Shown: positions 43,638 to 54,285 of the stretch, piece after piece | Layout: the number at the start of each line of letters is the position of its first letter | Numbering within the stretch: position 1 is the stretch's first letter | Source: an uncultured Armatimonadetes bacterium | GTDB lineage: Bacteria > Armatimonadota > UBA5829 > DTJY01 | NCBI GenBank assembly: GCA_963717145.1 | Contig: OY970325.1 | Coordinates: forward strand, 1,280,001 to 1,344,000 | DNA length: 64,000 nt | Reading direction: 5' to 3' | The notes under the pieces: generated by a model | Seen by the model: only the letters and a program-made list of their open reading frames with translations | Databases searched by the model: none | Told to the model about the DNA's origin: nothing | Translations under genes and position numbers: made by a program

Positions 43638-44477
43638 CCCCCGCAATCCCTTCAACACCGCGATATCCCGGGCATGATCCTCGGGAGACTCAGCCGGCGA
43701 CTCGACGATAACTGCCAGGTCCGTGAGCGCCGGATGCTTCAGCAGGGCCGCAAACCCATCGATTCCGATCGTGCCTCGCCCTATGTTCGCATGCCGGTCT
43801 GCGCGAGAACCGACGGCGCTCCTGCTATCGTTCAGATGAAGCAGTTTCAGCCACTCCATGCCGACAACTGAGTCGAACTCGGCGAGAGTCCGGTTCACGG
43901 CATCCTCGCTCGACACATCGTACCCGGCGCCCCACAGATGCGCGGTGTCGAGACAGATTCCGAGCCTCCCGCCGAACTCCGACAGCCCGCTGAGAATCGC
44001 GCTCAGTCCCTCGAATCGGCTTCCGATGAGGTCACCCCCGCCCGCCGAGTTCTCCAGCAGCACTATGGCTGGTGAAGTGCTGTCCCCGAGGACTCGTCTG
44101 ACCGCATCCTGCACCCGAGGCACGCCCGCTTCCATGCCGTCGCCGCGGTGGCTGCCGATGTGCGTCACCACGAACTCAGCGCCGAGTGCATCGGCCCGGA
44201 CGAGTGAATCAGCCAGCGCATCGACTGACTTGGAGTAGATGGCCGCGTCCGGAGAGGCGAGGTTCAGAAGATATTGTGTGTGGACGACGACGGGGTGGAT
44301 ATCGTGCCGAGCGGTGAGACTCCGGAAGAGGGCGGCGAGATCATCCGGGATCGCACGGGTCCGCCAGGCGCTCGGGTTGGCGGCGAAGACCTGGATCGCC
44401 TCGCAGCCGATGCCCGCGGCCACTTCAACGGCCTCTGCGAGTCCCTTTCCGGTACGCTGGTGTGCGCCGATTCTCAT
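43629..44477 (-). CDS. nfo: Endonuclease IV
   Basis: IGAH, H..YLLNLAS, LLENSAG, CLDTAHLWGAGYD, HLNDS, DRHANIG.G. Confidence 0.95.
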   Translation of the reverse strand: MRIGAHQRTGKGLAEAVEVAAGIGCEAIQVFAANPSAWRTRAIPDDLAALFRSLTARHDIHPVVVHTQYLLNLASPDAAIYSKSVDALADSLVRADALGAEFVVTHIGSHRGDGMEAGVPRVQDAVRRVLGDSTSPAIVLLENSAGGGDLIGSRFEGLSAILSGLSEFGGRLGICLDTAHLWGAGYDVSSEDAVNRTLAEFDSVVGMEWLKLLHLNDSRSAVGSRADRHANIGRGTIGIDGFAALLKHPALTDLAVIVESPAESPEDHARDIAVLKGLRGRH

Positions 44478-44592
44478 GGCAGGATGACCTTCGGAGTGCG
44501 GTGGCTCGACACCGCCTTTTGCGGCTGTGGAATTCGGTGACGTGCCCCGGAAAGGCGGTGTCGAGCCACCGCACTCCGAAGGTCATCCTGCC
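44478..44592. repeat. GGAG-type palindrome with 42-bp perfect arms
   Basis: 44478-44519 and 44551-44592; abuts the nfo start codon. Confidence 0.93.
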
Positions 44593-44595
44593 TGG

Positions 44596-44913
44596 TCACT
44601 CGTCCTCGATCTCATCGAGCCCGTTAGGGGAATAGCTGAACGAGCTGGTCTCCTCGCCTCGGAAGACGGTCACCAGCATTTCCTCGCGCTCGAAACTGGG
44701 CAGGTAGGAGGAGACGATGTCGTCGTCAATGGCGGCAAGGAGTTCCTCTTCCTCCGAGAGCGTCACGTCCACCTCGAAGATCATGGTTACATGGACCGTG
44801 TAGTGGGCGTAGTGGACGTGGATCTGTCCCACTCGGCGCTCGCCCTCCCACACCACATATATCTCGGAGGATACAGTTCTCACCAGCCTGGAGAGCTTGA
44901 AAGTATCGGCCAC
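44596..44913 (-). CDS. Hypothetical acidic protein
   Basis: AAGGAG RBS, GTG start, 105 aa. Confidence 0.7.
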   Translation of the reverse strand: MADTFKLSRLVRTVSSEIYVVWEGERRVGQIHVHYAHYTVHVTMIFEVDVTLSEEEELLAAIDDDIVSSYLPSFEREEMLVTVFRGEETSSFSYSPNGLDEIEDE

Positions 44914-45090
44914 CGCAGTCTCCTTCTATCAGTCATTCCCAACTCCAAAGATTATACGGCTTTCCGGCCATCTGCGCAAGGAATTCGGAGTTGGCGCCGC
45001 GATCGTTCTGAGTGTGCCAATACGAGTTTTGTTTTCCGAGGCCGTGGGTAATCGATACACAGGTCATCAGTGGCCGAAAGGGGTTGGACG

Positions 45091-45453
45091 ATGGAAGTCT
45101 GGCAGTTACTGATAGCGATATTCACGGGCATAATCGCCCTTAGCAACCTTTTGCTCCTCGGCGCAATCGCGTACCTCGCGTTCACCGTGAAGAACCTGCT
45201 GACGGACTCGGTTCAACCGGCCATATGTGAGGTCACTGAGACCATTAAGACCGTGAACGGGATGGTCGAGAGAGTGGAGCAGAAGGCTGAGAACATACTC
45301 GACATCAGCGAGGAGACCGCTCGTCGAGTTTCCGGATCTGTCGTTGCGGCAACTGACCTGGTTCAACACAGCGTCGCCGCTCCGTTTATCAATCTGGCCA
45401 GTATCATGGCAGGCGTTAGCAAAGCTGTAGAAACACTCAGGCGATCCGCCTGA
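45091..45453 (+). CDS. DUF948-like membrane-anchored protein
   Basis: N-terminal TM helix plus coiled coil; adjacent to a YtxH gene. Confidence 0.7.
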   Translation: MEVWQLLIAIFTGIIALSNLLLLGAIAYLAFTVKNLLTDSVQPAICEVTETIKTVNGMVERVEQKAENILDISEETARRVSGSVVAATDLVQHSVAAPFINLASIMAGVSKAVETLRRSA

Positions 45454-45469
45454 AAAGGAGGTATCGAAA

Positions 45470-45838
45470 GTGGCTCGTAAAGGAAACTTCATTCTCGGAA
45501 TAGCCATTGGCGCTGCAGCCGGAGCGCTCACGGCGCTTCTATATGCTCCCCGGCGCGGCGATGAAATGCGCGGGGAGATCAAAGACAAGGCACTGCAGGC
45601 CGGCTCCAAGGCCAAGGATGTTTGGAGCGACACGAAGGATCAGACTACAAAGCTCGCCGGATCGGTTGCCGACCGCTCGAAGCAGGTGGTGGAACGAAGC
45701 CGGGAAATGATCGGTAGCGGTGCGTCCAGACTTCGCGGGGCGATCTCGTCCGGACGCGAAGCCGCCCAGGAAAAGCGCGAGGAACTCGAGGCCGAACTGG
45801 ACCGAGAAGAGGAGATGATCGAAACGCTCGCGTCGTGA
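45470..45838 (+). CDS. YtxH-domain protein
   Basis: F..G...GAAAGALTALLYAP..G.E.R; AGGAGG RBS. Confidence 0.88.
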   Translation: MARKGNFILGIAIGAAAGALTALLYAPRRGDEMRGEIKDKALQAGSKAKDVWSDTKDQTTKLAGSVADRSKQVVERSREMIGSGASRLRGAISSGREAAQEKREELEAELDREEEMIETLAS

Positions 45839-45871
45839 TCAATCCCCCTGGCACATCGCGAGGTTGTTGAT

Positions 45872-45898
45872 GAGGCGGGCCTATGGCCCGCCTCTTTT
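45872..45898 (+). terminator. Intrinsic terminator
   Basis: GAGGCGGGCC-TAT-GGCCCGCCTC-TTTT. Confidence 0.75.
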
Positions 45899-45978
45899 CG
45901 TTTGCCACTGTAGGGAACGGCCGCGGCCCCATTTCCGTGGATGGCGGTATCCATCCAACTGAGCGCAACAGCGGGCGT

Positions 45979-47214
45979 TCACTGCGAAGTCTGCCTGGGA
46001 CTGAAATGGTCGCGAACGCCAATGACCTGCGTGACGAACCCGACCGCCATGATGGCCATCGAGATCAGGAAGACGTAACGAATCGGCAAGTCATGGGCAT
46101 GGAACTGAGAGACGATCAGCGCCCCCACAAACGGAGCCGTCGTGCCCCGAATGCCCAGCAGGAACGAATGGAGCGCCTGGTATTGCGACTCCCGGCCCTC
46201 ATCAGCAAGATGCAGGATACTGTTGAAGTAGCTGAGTTCCACCCCGCCCATTGTGAGGCCCGTGATGATCGAAGCGGGCAGGAGCATCCATACGTTGTCC
46301 GACAGGAAGTAGAACAGAGGCACGAAGGTAACCAGCAGGACGTTGATCGCCACCGCCTTGAGTGGGCTGCGCGCATCCACGAACTTCCCCCAGTAGAAGT
46401 ACGACAGCATCCAGATGACCGTCGCCGTGTTCGCGAGGATAGCCACCTGGGTCGAAGTGATGTGAAGCTGATCCACCTGGTAGACAGGGTACAGCGGCGC
46501 GACGATCAGGTTGCCGAACCCGAAGATGAAGACGGATGCCGTGAACCACCGGTAGTTGCGATCATCCCGCAGAATGCACAGCGTCGTCCTGATGAACTCC
46601 CAGGTCGGGGTCTTGCGGTTGTCGGGATGATTCGGGTCCACGGGTGCGGTCTTGACGGTGCCGAATGCAATCGACGATCCGACCCCGATCAGGCCCGCAA
46701 TGGGGAATATGTACTGGAAGCCGATCTTCCCGAGCAGCGGCCCGACGATCAGCGTTGAGAAGAATGTCATCATCGCCACGCCGATGCGTATGTACGCCAT
46801 GATCCGCCCGCGATGCGCATCCGGGTAGATCTCCTTCATCACGGCGGCATAGGCCGGTGACGCCACAGTCGCGATGAGCTGAATCCCACTCACCACAAGC
46901 GCGAACCGCAGCGGCGTTCGGGCAAAGAGCATCAGCAGGAAAAGGAAACGGGCGATCCCGGTTGACCACACCACGAAAGGGAGCTTCCGCCTCCCTTCCA
47001 TCGCGTTGGCATAGAAGAGGGCGAACATATGGCCGACGAACGGTGCGGCTGTCATCAGGCTGATCAACCCGACGCTCGCATGCAGCTTGTCCCGTGCGAT
47101 GAACCCGATGAACGGAAAGATGGCGCCTGTGTAGAAGCCGACGAGCATGCCTCCGATGGCATCCTTCCGATAGGCATCCCTCGCCTCCGCCGGCACCGCT
47201 TTCTCGAAAAGCAA
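45979..47214 (-). CDS. MFS transporter
   Basis: About 12 TM helices, YPDAHRGRI, WGKFVD. Confidence 0.88.
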   Translation of the reverse strand: MLFEKAVPAEARDAYRKDAIGGMLVGFYTGAIFPFIGFIARDKLHASVGLISLMTAAPFVGHMFALFYANAMEGRRKLPFVVWSTGIARFLFLLMLFARTPLRFALVVSGIQLIATVASPAYAAVMKEIYPDAHRGRIMAYIRIGVAMMTFFSTLIVGPLLGKIGFQYIFPIAGLIGVGSSIAFGTVKTAPVDPNHPDNRKTPTWEFIRTTLCILRDDRNYRWFTASVFIFGFGNLIVAPLYPVYQVDQLHITSTQVAILANTATVIWMLSYFYWGKFVDARSPLKAVAINVLLVTFVPLFYFLSDNVWMLLPASIITGLTMGGVELSYFNSILHLADEGRESQYQALHSFLLGIRGTTAPFVGALIVSQFHAHDLPIRYVFLISMAIMAVGFVTQVIGVRDHFSPRQTSQ

Positions 47215-47215
47215 C

Positions 47216-48244
47216 TTACGACAATCCTTTCTCAGATCCGGGCTGTGCCGTCAGCACCTCGATCAGCGCCGCCATGTTCTCAGCGGGCACATCGGACGGA
47301 ACATCGTGCGACGGCGAGGCGATATACCCACCGCCGCGCCCGAGTTCTCGAAGAAGCATCCGGGTCTCGTCGCGCACCTCGTCCGCCGTACCGAGTGGGA
47401 GCAGCCGCTGGACGCTGATTCCTCCGAAGAACGAGAGCTGCCCGTGATAGCGCTTCTTCGTCTCGAAGACGTCCATCACTTCCGGCTGGAACGGGTTGAA
47501 GATGTTGACGCCGATCTCCACCAAGTCGGGCAGGACCGCCTTGACGTCGCCGCAGCAGTGGATCATCACGTACTTGCCCGCCTGATGCACCGCATCGTAC
47601 ATCCGCGCGATCCGCGGCTTGATGAACTCCCGCCAGAGCGCCGGGCCCATGAGCACACCCGCCTGGCTGCCCCAGTCGTCGCCGAACCGGATGCAGTCGA
47701 TGTCATACGTGACCGCGAGCCGAATCCGAGCGAGGTTGTACTCGGTGATCCGGTCGAGCAACTCGTGGGCAAACGAGGGATTCTCGAGCATGTCCACCAT
47801 GATCTGCTCCATGCCGCGCAGAGTCCAGGCCCTCTCGAAGAGGGAGAACCCCATGCTCACCACACGGAACTCGTCGGGATGGCCGGGGACGAATGCTTCA
47901 TACATCTCCCGAACACCCGGGGATTCGGGCGCGGGTGGCTGCCAGTTGCGCAGATCGGCCTCGGGGAGCACCTGGCCCTCGACGTTTCCGATGTCCTTGT
48001 CCACGGTTCGATTCCAGACCACGCCCCACGGATCTCGGAAGTACCCCGGCCTGATCTCCTCCCATGGGCTCTGGCTGTTCAGACGAAGCATGGCAAGGTG
48101 GTCGCCGATATGCTGCTCGAAATCGGGGTCGCCGTAGAACTCGACCATCTTCTCCCGCGCGGGGATCGTGAAGGTCACGTGGTACGGCACTATGTCGGTG
48201 TCTAGGAACTGAATCGCACGGTACACGCGCTCTCTCGGCGTCAT
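47216..48244 (-). CDS. Uroporphyrinogen decarboxylase (MtaA/CmuA-like) family protein
   Basis: MTPRERV, GDDWGSQ, HCCG, FFGGIS.Q, GGYIASPSH. Confidence 0.88.
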   Translation of the reverse strand: MTPRERVYRAIQFLDTDIVPYHVTFTIPAREKMVEFYGDPDFEQHIGDHLAMLRLNSQSPWEEIRPGYFRDPWGVVWNRTVDKDIGNVEGQVLPEADLRNWQPPAPESPGVREMYEAFVPGHPDEFRVVSMGFSLFERAWTLRGMEQIMVDMLENPSFAHELLDRITEYNLARIRLAVTYDIDCIRFGDDWGSQAGVLMGPALWREFIKPRIARMYDAVHQAGKYVMIHCCGDVKAVLPDLVEIGVNIFNPFQPEVMDVFETKKRYHGQLSFFGGISVQRLLPLGTADEVRDETRMLLRELGRGGGYIASPSHDVPSDVPAENMAALIEVLTAQPGSEKGLS

Positions 48245-48319
48245 GGCTGATCGTCTCCTGTTCTGCTCAAAGGATAGCCCCCGCCGCCGCACCGTGTCAA
48301 GGCAAAGCAGACACCTGTG

Positions 48320-48396
48320 ACGCTGTCATTCTGAGCGGAGCGAAGAATCTGTTCCTGGTATTGCCAGATTCTTCGCTCCGCTCAGAATGACAGCGT
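48320..48396. repeat. GTCATTCTGAGC-type palindrome, second copy
   Basis: ACGCTGTCATTCTGAGCGGAGCGAAGAATCT arms; homologous to 12178-12248. Confidence 0.93.
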
Positions 48397-48458
48397 GGGG
48401 AGAACCGCCAGCAGTTGTCGAATATACACTAGACTGATGCACGGAGGTATGAGGGAAC

Positions 48459-49289
48459 ATGATCGACATCCACATGCACATCGGAAGGCTGTACCACTCC
48501 ATGAAGGAGCCGTTCACCGCTGACGACGCGCTCCGATTCATGGACGCGAATGGCATCGAGAAGGCGGTACTGCTGCCGATCGAGAACCCGGAGGAGACGG
48601 ACTACTTCGTCACCACTGAGTACGTATTGCAGGAGGCCGAGCGCCATCCCGACCGGTTCATCCCTTTCTGCAACATCGATCCCAGGCGGGGAAGCGCGGA
48701 TCTATCCACCGACTTCCGCAGCATGATCAGGGAGTACTACGACCGGGGCTGCAAGGGATTCGGCGAGATCCTCGCGGGCTTACCTGTCGACGATCCGCGT
48801 CTGCAGAAGATCTACGAGGCGTGCGGGGAACTCCGCATGCCGGTTGACCTGCATATGGACACCCTGCGCTGCACGGATCAGATCGGCCTCCCCGGTCTGG
48901 AGGCGATGCTCCGGCAGTTCCCCGACACGGTCTTCATGGGCCATGCGATGCATTTCTGGTCGGAGATCGACGCTGATATGAAGGAGGCGGACAAGGGCGG
49001 CTACCCGGAACGACCCGTCAGGGCCGGCGGCACTCTGGTGAGACTGCTCGATACATACCCGAACCTCTATGGCGATCTCTCCGCCGGGAGCGGGTACAAC
49101 GCGATCACTCGCGACCCGGAGTTCGGCCGCCGGTTCCTCGAGGCGCATCAGGACAGACTGCTCTTCGGCACCGATAAGCTGAGGGAGGACCAGGAAATCC
49201 CGATCATCGAGCATCTGCGAACCGTGGGCCTCCCTCACGATGCTTACGAGAAGATCGCCTTCCGCAACGCGGAACGGATACTGCCCTGA
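48459..49289 (+). CDS. Amidohydrolase family protein
   Basis: IDIHMH, PDRFIPF, NLYGDLS, RLLFGTD, NAERIL. Confidence 0.9.
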   Translation: MIDIHMHIGRLYHSMKEPFTADDALRFMDANGIEKAVLLPIENPEETDYFVTTEYVLQEAERHPDRFIPFCNIDPRRGSADLSTDFRSMIREYYDRGCKGFGEILAGLPVDDPRLQKIYEACGELRMPVDLHMDTLRCTDQIGLPGLEAMLRQFPDTVFMGHAMHFWSEIDADMKEADKGGYPERPVRAGGTLVRLLDTYPNLYGDLSAGSGYNAITRDPEFGRRFLEAHQDRLLFGTDKLREDQEIPIIEHLRTVGLPHDAYEKIAFRNAERILP

Positions 49290-49294
49290 GGACT

Positions 49295-50182
49295 ATGAAA
49301 CACTACGCGATTCCGGCTCTCATCATGCTGAACCTTCTGCTCTGCAGCGCACTGACCGCAGCACCATCGAAGCCCGCGTTCACCCTGTGGCAGCTTCCCG
49401 AGCAGACCCACAGCCAGATGATGTCCTACGTCATCCGCACGACCAACGGCAAGGTTGTCGTGATCGACGGTGGGACAGCGGGCGATGCGCCTTACCTGCG
49501 CGGATTCCTGGCCGCTCTTGGCGACAAGGTAGACATCTGGTTCATCTCCCATCAGCACGACGACCACTTCGGAGCGCTTGGAGAGATCCTCTCGAAACCA
49601 GGCGATCTGAGAATCGGGCGGATCTACGCATCGACCCTCGACGACGCATGGATCAAGCAATACGGAAACGAGGGCGAGTACAAGTCATGGATCGGCTTCG
49701 AGCAGGCACTCCGCGGTGCGGGCAAGCGGATCATCCAACTGCAACTGGGCCGCACGTTGCTCATCGACGGTGTGAGCATCGAGGTGCTGGCCGTTGCCAA
49801 CCCGGAGATCCATGCGAACGCGATCAACAATTCCAGCCTCGTCCTGCGAGTCTGGGATGCTTCCAAGTCGATCCTCTTCCTCGGCGACCTCGGTCCGGAG
49901 GGCGGTGAGAAACTCCTCCTCGGGAAGCTGCGCGATCGCCTGGACTGTGACTACGTCCAGATGGCGCACCATGGCCAGAACGGCGTGAATCTCGACGTCT
50001 ACCGGGCGGCTTCACCGTCCTCCTGCTTGTGGCCTACTCCCCGGTGGCTCTGGGACAACAACATCGACGATCGAGGGAAAGGGACCGGTCCCTGGCGCAC
50101 CCTCGAAGTTCGCGAGTGGATGGAGCAACTGCACGTCAAGTCCCACTACGTCTCCGCCAACGGCCTCCATCGCATCGACTGA
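49295..50182 (+). CDS. Secreted metallo-beta-lactamase-fold hydrolase (ComEC-like)
   Basis: VIDGG, SHQHDDH, NNSSLV, LFLGD, MAHHG. Confidence 0.88.
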   Translation: MKHYAIPALIMLNLLLCSALTAAPSKPAFTLWQLPEQTHSQMMSYVIRTTNGKVVVIDGGTAGDAPYLRGFLAALGDKVDIWFISHQHDDHFGALGEILSKPGDLRIGRIYASTLDDAWIKQYGNEGEYKSWIGFEQALRGAGKRIIQLQLGRTLLIDGVSIEVLAVANPEIHANAINNSSLVLRVWDASKSILFLGDLGPEGGEKLLLGKLRDRLDCDYVQMAHHGQNGVNLDVYRAASPSSCLWPTPRWLWDNNIDDRGKGTGPWRTLEVREWMEQLHVKSHYVSANGLHRID

Positions 50183-50377
50183 TCGGCCACCTGCAGTGCT
50201 TTGCACTCCTGCACGAGACCCCCACAGCACTCCTGAAAACTGCAAGCAAGCTCATGGTTGACATTTCGCATGATCGCTTGTCTCTATCAGTGACCGAACT
50301 AGCGAATATGCACTGCAAAGCGCCGACGAGAGCGCACGAAGGCATATCGGGTTCGGCAGTTCAGGGGGAATGTTGTT

Positions 50378-51037
50378 GTGAAAAAAGCTATTCTTCTGCT
50401 CGTATTGTGTCTATCGGTCGCTGGTGCGAATGCCGCCACTATCTCTTACAGCGATACAGCACCGGCCGGCCTCACTTATTGGAGTCATGTGTTGACGCTA
50501 CCCAAGTTCGACCCGAGTCTCGGCAGCCTTCAGAGCGTGACCTTCCAGTTGGCAGCTCACGTCGAGGGCACCGCACAGTTCGAGAGCCTCGACGCCCAGC
50601 CCGCGACAGTGAACATGACGCTGGGAGCCATCCTCTCGCTCCTTCGACCGGACAACTCGGTGATCGTGACCGCAGCCCCGTCGGTGTCGACCAGCGATAA
50701 CGTGACGGCTTTCGACACGGTGATCGACTTCGCCGGAACGTCCGGAAAGATCTACCCCAACCTGACTGCCGACGCGTCGAACAGCGTCCAGTTTACCTCG
50801 CCGCCCGATGACCTCTCCGCGTACATCGGCGCCGGGACGTTCAATGTCACCGCTACGGCAGCCGGCAACTCCTACGGGAGTGGAGCGGGCAACCTGATAC
50901 TGCTGTTCCGGACTACCCCATCGGCGGCCGCGGAAGTCACCTACGAATATACACCCGTGCCGGAGCCATCCTCGCTGATTGCGCTCTGGTTCGGGGGACT
51001 GAGCCTCATCGGGCTCGCAACAAACAGAAGGCGATAG
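50378..51037 (+). CDS. PEP-CTERM protein (choice-of-anchor E-like domain)
   Basis: Signal peptide, LPKFDPSLG.L, YEYTPVPEPSS...RRR. Confidence 0.9.
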   Translation: MKKAILLLVLCLSVAGANAATISYSDTAPAGLTYWSHVLTLPKFDPSLGSLQSVTFQLAAHVEGTAQFESLDAQPATVNMTLGAILSLLRPDNSVIVTAAPSVSTSDNVTAFDTVIDFAGTSGKIYPNLTADASNSVQFTSPPDDLSAYIGAGTFNVTATAAGNSYGSGAGNLILLFRTTPSAAAEVTYEYTPVPEPSSLIALWFGGLSLIGLATNRRR

Positions 51038-51071
51038 CCAACGCCTCACAGCCACGAGAAGAGAGAAGATG

Positions 51072-51142
51072 GAAGGGCGGCTGCCAAGTTGCAGCCGCCC
51101 TTCTTACGTTTGGAGTGCGGTGGCTTGACACCGCACTCCAAA
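51072..51142. repeat. Terminator-like hairpin followed by a minimal GGAG-type palindrome
   Basis: GAAGGGCGGCTGC stem 51072-51103; TTTGGAGTGCGGTG...CACCGCACTCCAAA 51109-51142. Confidence 0.8.
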
Positions 51143-51301
51143 TTCATTTGCCAAGATGGTCGCCCTGGGCGATACAGAATATACATCTGCTTCGGCCCTG
51201 GGTATAAAAAGATCGGAGATTCCCTGATGGATTCGGAACAAACGTGTGACGGAAAGCATCCAGTTTAGTGTATAATGTAGTTCGGTCGGCAGCCGCCGTT
51301 T

Positions 51302-53626
51302 GTGGGGGCGAAGCATTGGCTACCGAATATGCGACCTGTCTGGGAATCGGCAGCCAATGCTTCGCCCCTACTGGAGCAATCGGTGCATACCATACCTGAG
51401 GAAGTCAAACAGCATATCGAGGGGCTGACCGACAGCCCGAATATCCGACTATCGGTCGAGAGCGATCTCTCCCCCGACGGCGAAATCGGAACGCAGTGGC
51501 TCGTCTCCACGGAGGACCGGCTCTACGTGATCTCGCCGGACCACGGGACTCCCATCGTCAGCCGCGACCTTACTCTTAAGGATGTGCTTGGCGTCAAAGC
51601 CGAGGCACAGGTGGGAAGTGGCTGCCTGATCGCGAACATCAAGGGCGAGTTCGTGCCCCTGATCCGATACTCGAACGCCATGACCAAGGAATTCGGGTAC
51701 GCGGCGAAGCGCATCGAGGCACTAGCGAAGGGCGAGGAGCCGCCGGTTGCGACTGAAGACGACCGGACTCGCCGGTGCGCGAAGTGCGCATTCCCGCTCG
51801 AAACCGGATCGGACATCTGCCCGAACTGTGTGAACCGGGCGCGCGCTATGAGGCGGCTGCTCAAATACGTCGAGCCGTACAAGAAGCTCACCATCGTCGC
51901 CGGCACGCTCATGCTCGCCAGCCAGGCGATGCAGCTCGCGCCACCGTATCTGACAAAAGTCCTGGTGGATGACATCTTCCGGAAAGCCGAGCCGTTCAAG
52001 GGCAGGGCGCCCGAGGCATTGAGGCTCGATATGCTCCACATGCTGGGGCTGATTGTTCTGGCGTTGATAGCCACCAAAGCTATCGCCACCGTGATGGGGG
52101 TATTCCAGTCGAGGATCACAGCCTATCTGGGCTCGAAGATGATCCACGACATTCGAATGGAACTCTATGGCGCGCTCGAACGGCTGACGGTTGCCTTCTT
52201 CGACAAGCGGCAGACGGGATCGGTGATCTCGCGAGTCTCCCAGGATACCAACGCACTGCAGGAATTCCTGGCGTTCGATATACAGTACATAGCCTCGAAC
52301 ACCCTGCTGCTCATTTTCGTGCTCGGGCTCATGTTCCAACAGAACTGGAAGCTGGCGGCGCTGACCATCCTGCCCGCGCCGTTCGCGTCACTGGCTGCGA
52401 TGCTGATCTTTACTCGCCTGCGATGGGTCTTCCGGCGGGTGTGGCACAGGTGGTCGAAGCTCCACAGCGTGATGTCCGATTCTCTCCAGGGCCTGCGGGT
52501 TGTGAAGGCGTTCGCGCAGGAGGACAAGGAGATAGGCAGGTTCCAGCGCCGAAGCAGTGACCTCGCTCAGGCGTCGATGCACGCGGAACAGACCTGGGCA
52601 ACTCTCCTTCCGATCATGTGGTTCGTGCTCAGTTCCGGGCAGTTCATCGTCTGGTACGCGGGCGGGCGAGGAGTGATCGATTCCGGCCTGACGACCGGCA
52701 CGCTCATCATGTTCATCGGCTGCATCGGGATGCTCTACGGCCCGCTCCAAATTGTGACCCGCATGTGGGACTGGATCGGTCGATGTCTCGCCGCGTCTGA
52801 GCGCGTGTTCGAGATCATGGACTCGCCCCGCGAGGAGTCCGATCCGGATCATCAGGTGCACATCCCGGACATGGAAGGGAGCGTCAAGTTCAACAAGGTG
52901 AAGTTCGGCTACGACAAGCATAACCCGGTCCTGCAAGAGATCGATTTCGAGATCAAGCCCGGAGAGATGATCGGCTTGGTCGGCCAATCGGGCGCGGGCA
53001 AGTCCACGATGATCAACCTCCTCGCACGGTTCTACCTGGCACAGGAGGGCTCGATCGAGATAGACGGCGTCGATATACGCAAGATCAACCTGGAGGACCT
53101 CCGCCGTCAGATCGGCATGGTACCGCAGGAGTCGTATCTGTTCTCAGGCACGATCTATGATAACATCGCCTACTCGAAGCCGAGTGCCACGCTCGAACAG
53201 GTGATCCGTGCGGCGAAGGCGGCGAACGCTCACGACTTCATCGTCGGCTTCCCTGACGGCTATGAGACGCAGGTCGGCGAGCGAGGCCAGTCGCTCTCCG
53301 GCGGTGAGAGACAGAGGATTGCGATCGCGCGGGCAGTCCTGCACGATCCGAAGATCCTGATCCTCGACGAAGCCACGAGTTCGATCGACTCGGCGACCGA
53401 GAAGCAGATCCAGCAGGCGCTGAATCGGCTTGTGAAGAACCGCACGACCTTCGCCATCGCACACAGGCTCTCGACCCTGGCCAATGCGGACAGGCTGCTC
53501 GTCCTCGAAAAGGGCAAGCAGGTCGAAATGGGCACTCACGAGGAACTCGTCAAGAAGGGCGGCGCGTATGCCAAGCTCGTCGAGTCGCAATTGGAGATGG
53601 CCAAGAATATCGGAGTGGGCGGATGA
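51302..53626 (+). CDS. ABC exporter, fused permease/ATPase with a CxxC-CxxC N-terminal extension
   Basis: GQSGAGKST, LSGGERQR, LILDEATS, AHRLST; exact start uncertain. Confidence 0.92.
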   Translation: MGAKHWLPNMRPVWESAANASPLLEQSVHTIPEEVKQHIEGLTDSPNIRLSVESDLSPDGEIGTQWLVSTEDRLYVISPDHGTPIVSRDLTLKDVLGVKAEAQVGSGCLIANIKGEFVPLIRYSNAMTKEFGYAAKRIEALAKGEEPPVATEDDRTRRCAKCAFPLETGSDICPNCVNRARAMRRLLKYVEPYKKLTIVAGTLMLASQAMQLAPPYLTKVLVDDIFRKAEPFKGRAPEALRLDMLHMLGLIVLALIATKAIATVMGVFQSRITAYLGSKMIHDIRMELYGALERLTVAFFDKRQTGSVISRVSQDTNALQEFLAFDIQYIASNTLLLIFVLGLMFQQNWKLAALTILPAPFASLAAMLIFTRLRWVFRRVWHRWSKLHSVMSDSLQGLRVVKAFAQEDKEIGRFQRRSSDLAQASMHAEQTWATLLPIMWFVLSSGQFIVWYAGGRGVIDSGLTTGTLIMFIGCIGMLYGPLQIVTRMWDWIGRCLAASERVFEIMDSPREESDPDHQVHIPDMEGSVKFNKVKFGYDKHNPVLQEIDFEIKPGEMIGLVGQSGAGKSTMINLLARFYLAQEGSIEIDGVDIRKINLEDLRRQIGMVPQESYLFSGTIYDNIAYSKPSATLEQVIRAAKAANAHDFIVGFPDGYETQVGERGQSLSGGERQRIAIARAVLHDPKILILDEATSSIDSATEKQIQQALNRLVKNRTTFAIAHRLSTLANADRLLVLEKGKQVEMGTHEELVKKGGAYAKLVESQLEMAKNIGVGG

Positions 53627-54180
53627 CGGACGAGACTGCTGTTGACCAGATAACCGAGACGAAATGGGAGACCGAGAAGAACCTCGATGAGGCAGCCAGC
53701 GTGCGGTACCTCACGGCGGATGATATCGAGCTTTTCAGCACGCCGGCGGGAGGATTGCGGCTCACGTTGAAGGACGAGAAATCGGTGCTCCGGGTGAAGG
53801 CCCGGCGCTGCTTTCCCTACTCGATGCCCGACAAGTTCATCTCGATCAGGGATGGAGGCGACGGAGAGATCGGCATCATCGCCAACCTGGGTGACATGCC
53901 AAAGGACTATCGGCGCTGGATCCAGGAGGACCTCGACATGCGGTACTACGTGCCGCTGGTGAAATCGATCAAGACGATCCGGCAGAGGTTCGGCGGCATC
54001 GAGTGGCATGTTGATACCGATCGAGGCCCGAAGCGCCTGATCACCAAGGGCGTGCACGACACGATGACCGAGGTCGAGATCGGCCGGTTCGTCGTCACCG
54101 ATGTGGACGGCAACCGCTACGAGATCCTCCTCGACAAGCTCGACCTCCCGAGCCGCGAATGGCTCAACCGGCTGATCTAG
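53623..54180 (+). CDS. DUF1854-family protein
   Basis: RRCFP.S.P...ISI, EIG.I, W.VDTDRG, DVDGNRY; ATGA-coupled to the ABC gene. Confidence 0.85.
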   Translation: MTDETAVDQITETKWETEKNLDEAASVRYLTADDIELFSTPAGGLRLTLKDEKSVLRVKARRCFPYSMPDKFISIRDGGDGEIGIIANLGDMPKDYRRWIQEDLDMRYYVPLVKSIKTIRQRFGGIEWHVDTDRGPKRLITKGVHDTMTEVEIGRFVVTDVDGNRYEILLDKLDLPSREWLNRLI

Positions 54181-54239
54181 GCCCCCGGATGCTGCGGGAA
54201 TGCTTTTCTTTCCCGCAGCATCGCCACACGCGAATCTAA

Positions 54240-54276
54240 GATCGACCTTGACAAGGTCGATCGGAGGGCGTAAATT
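54240..54276 (+). promoter_or_regulatory. hicAB promoter with a palindromic operator
   Basis: GATCGACCTTG-A-CAAGGTCGATC (54240-54262) covers TTGACA; TAAATT 17 bp downstream. Confidence 0.75.
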
Positions 54277-54285
54277 GGAGTTAGT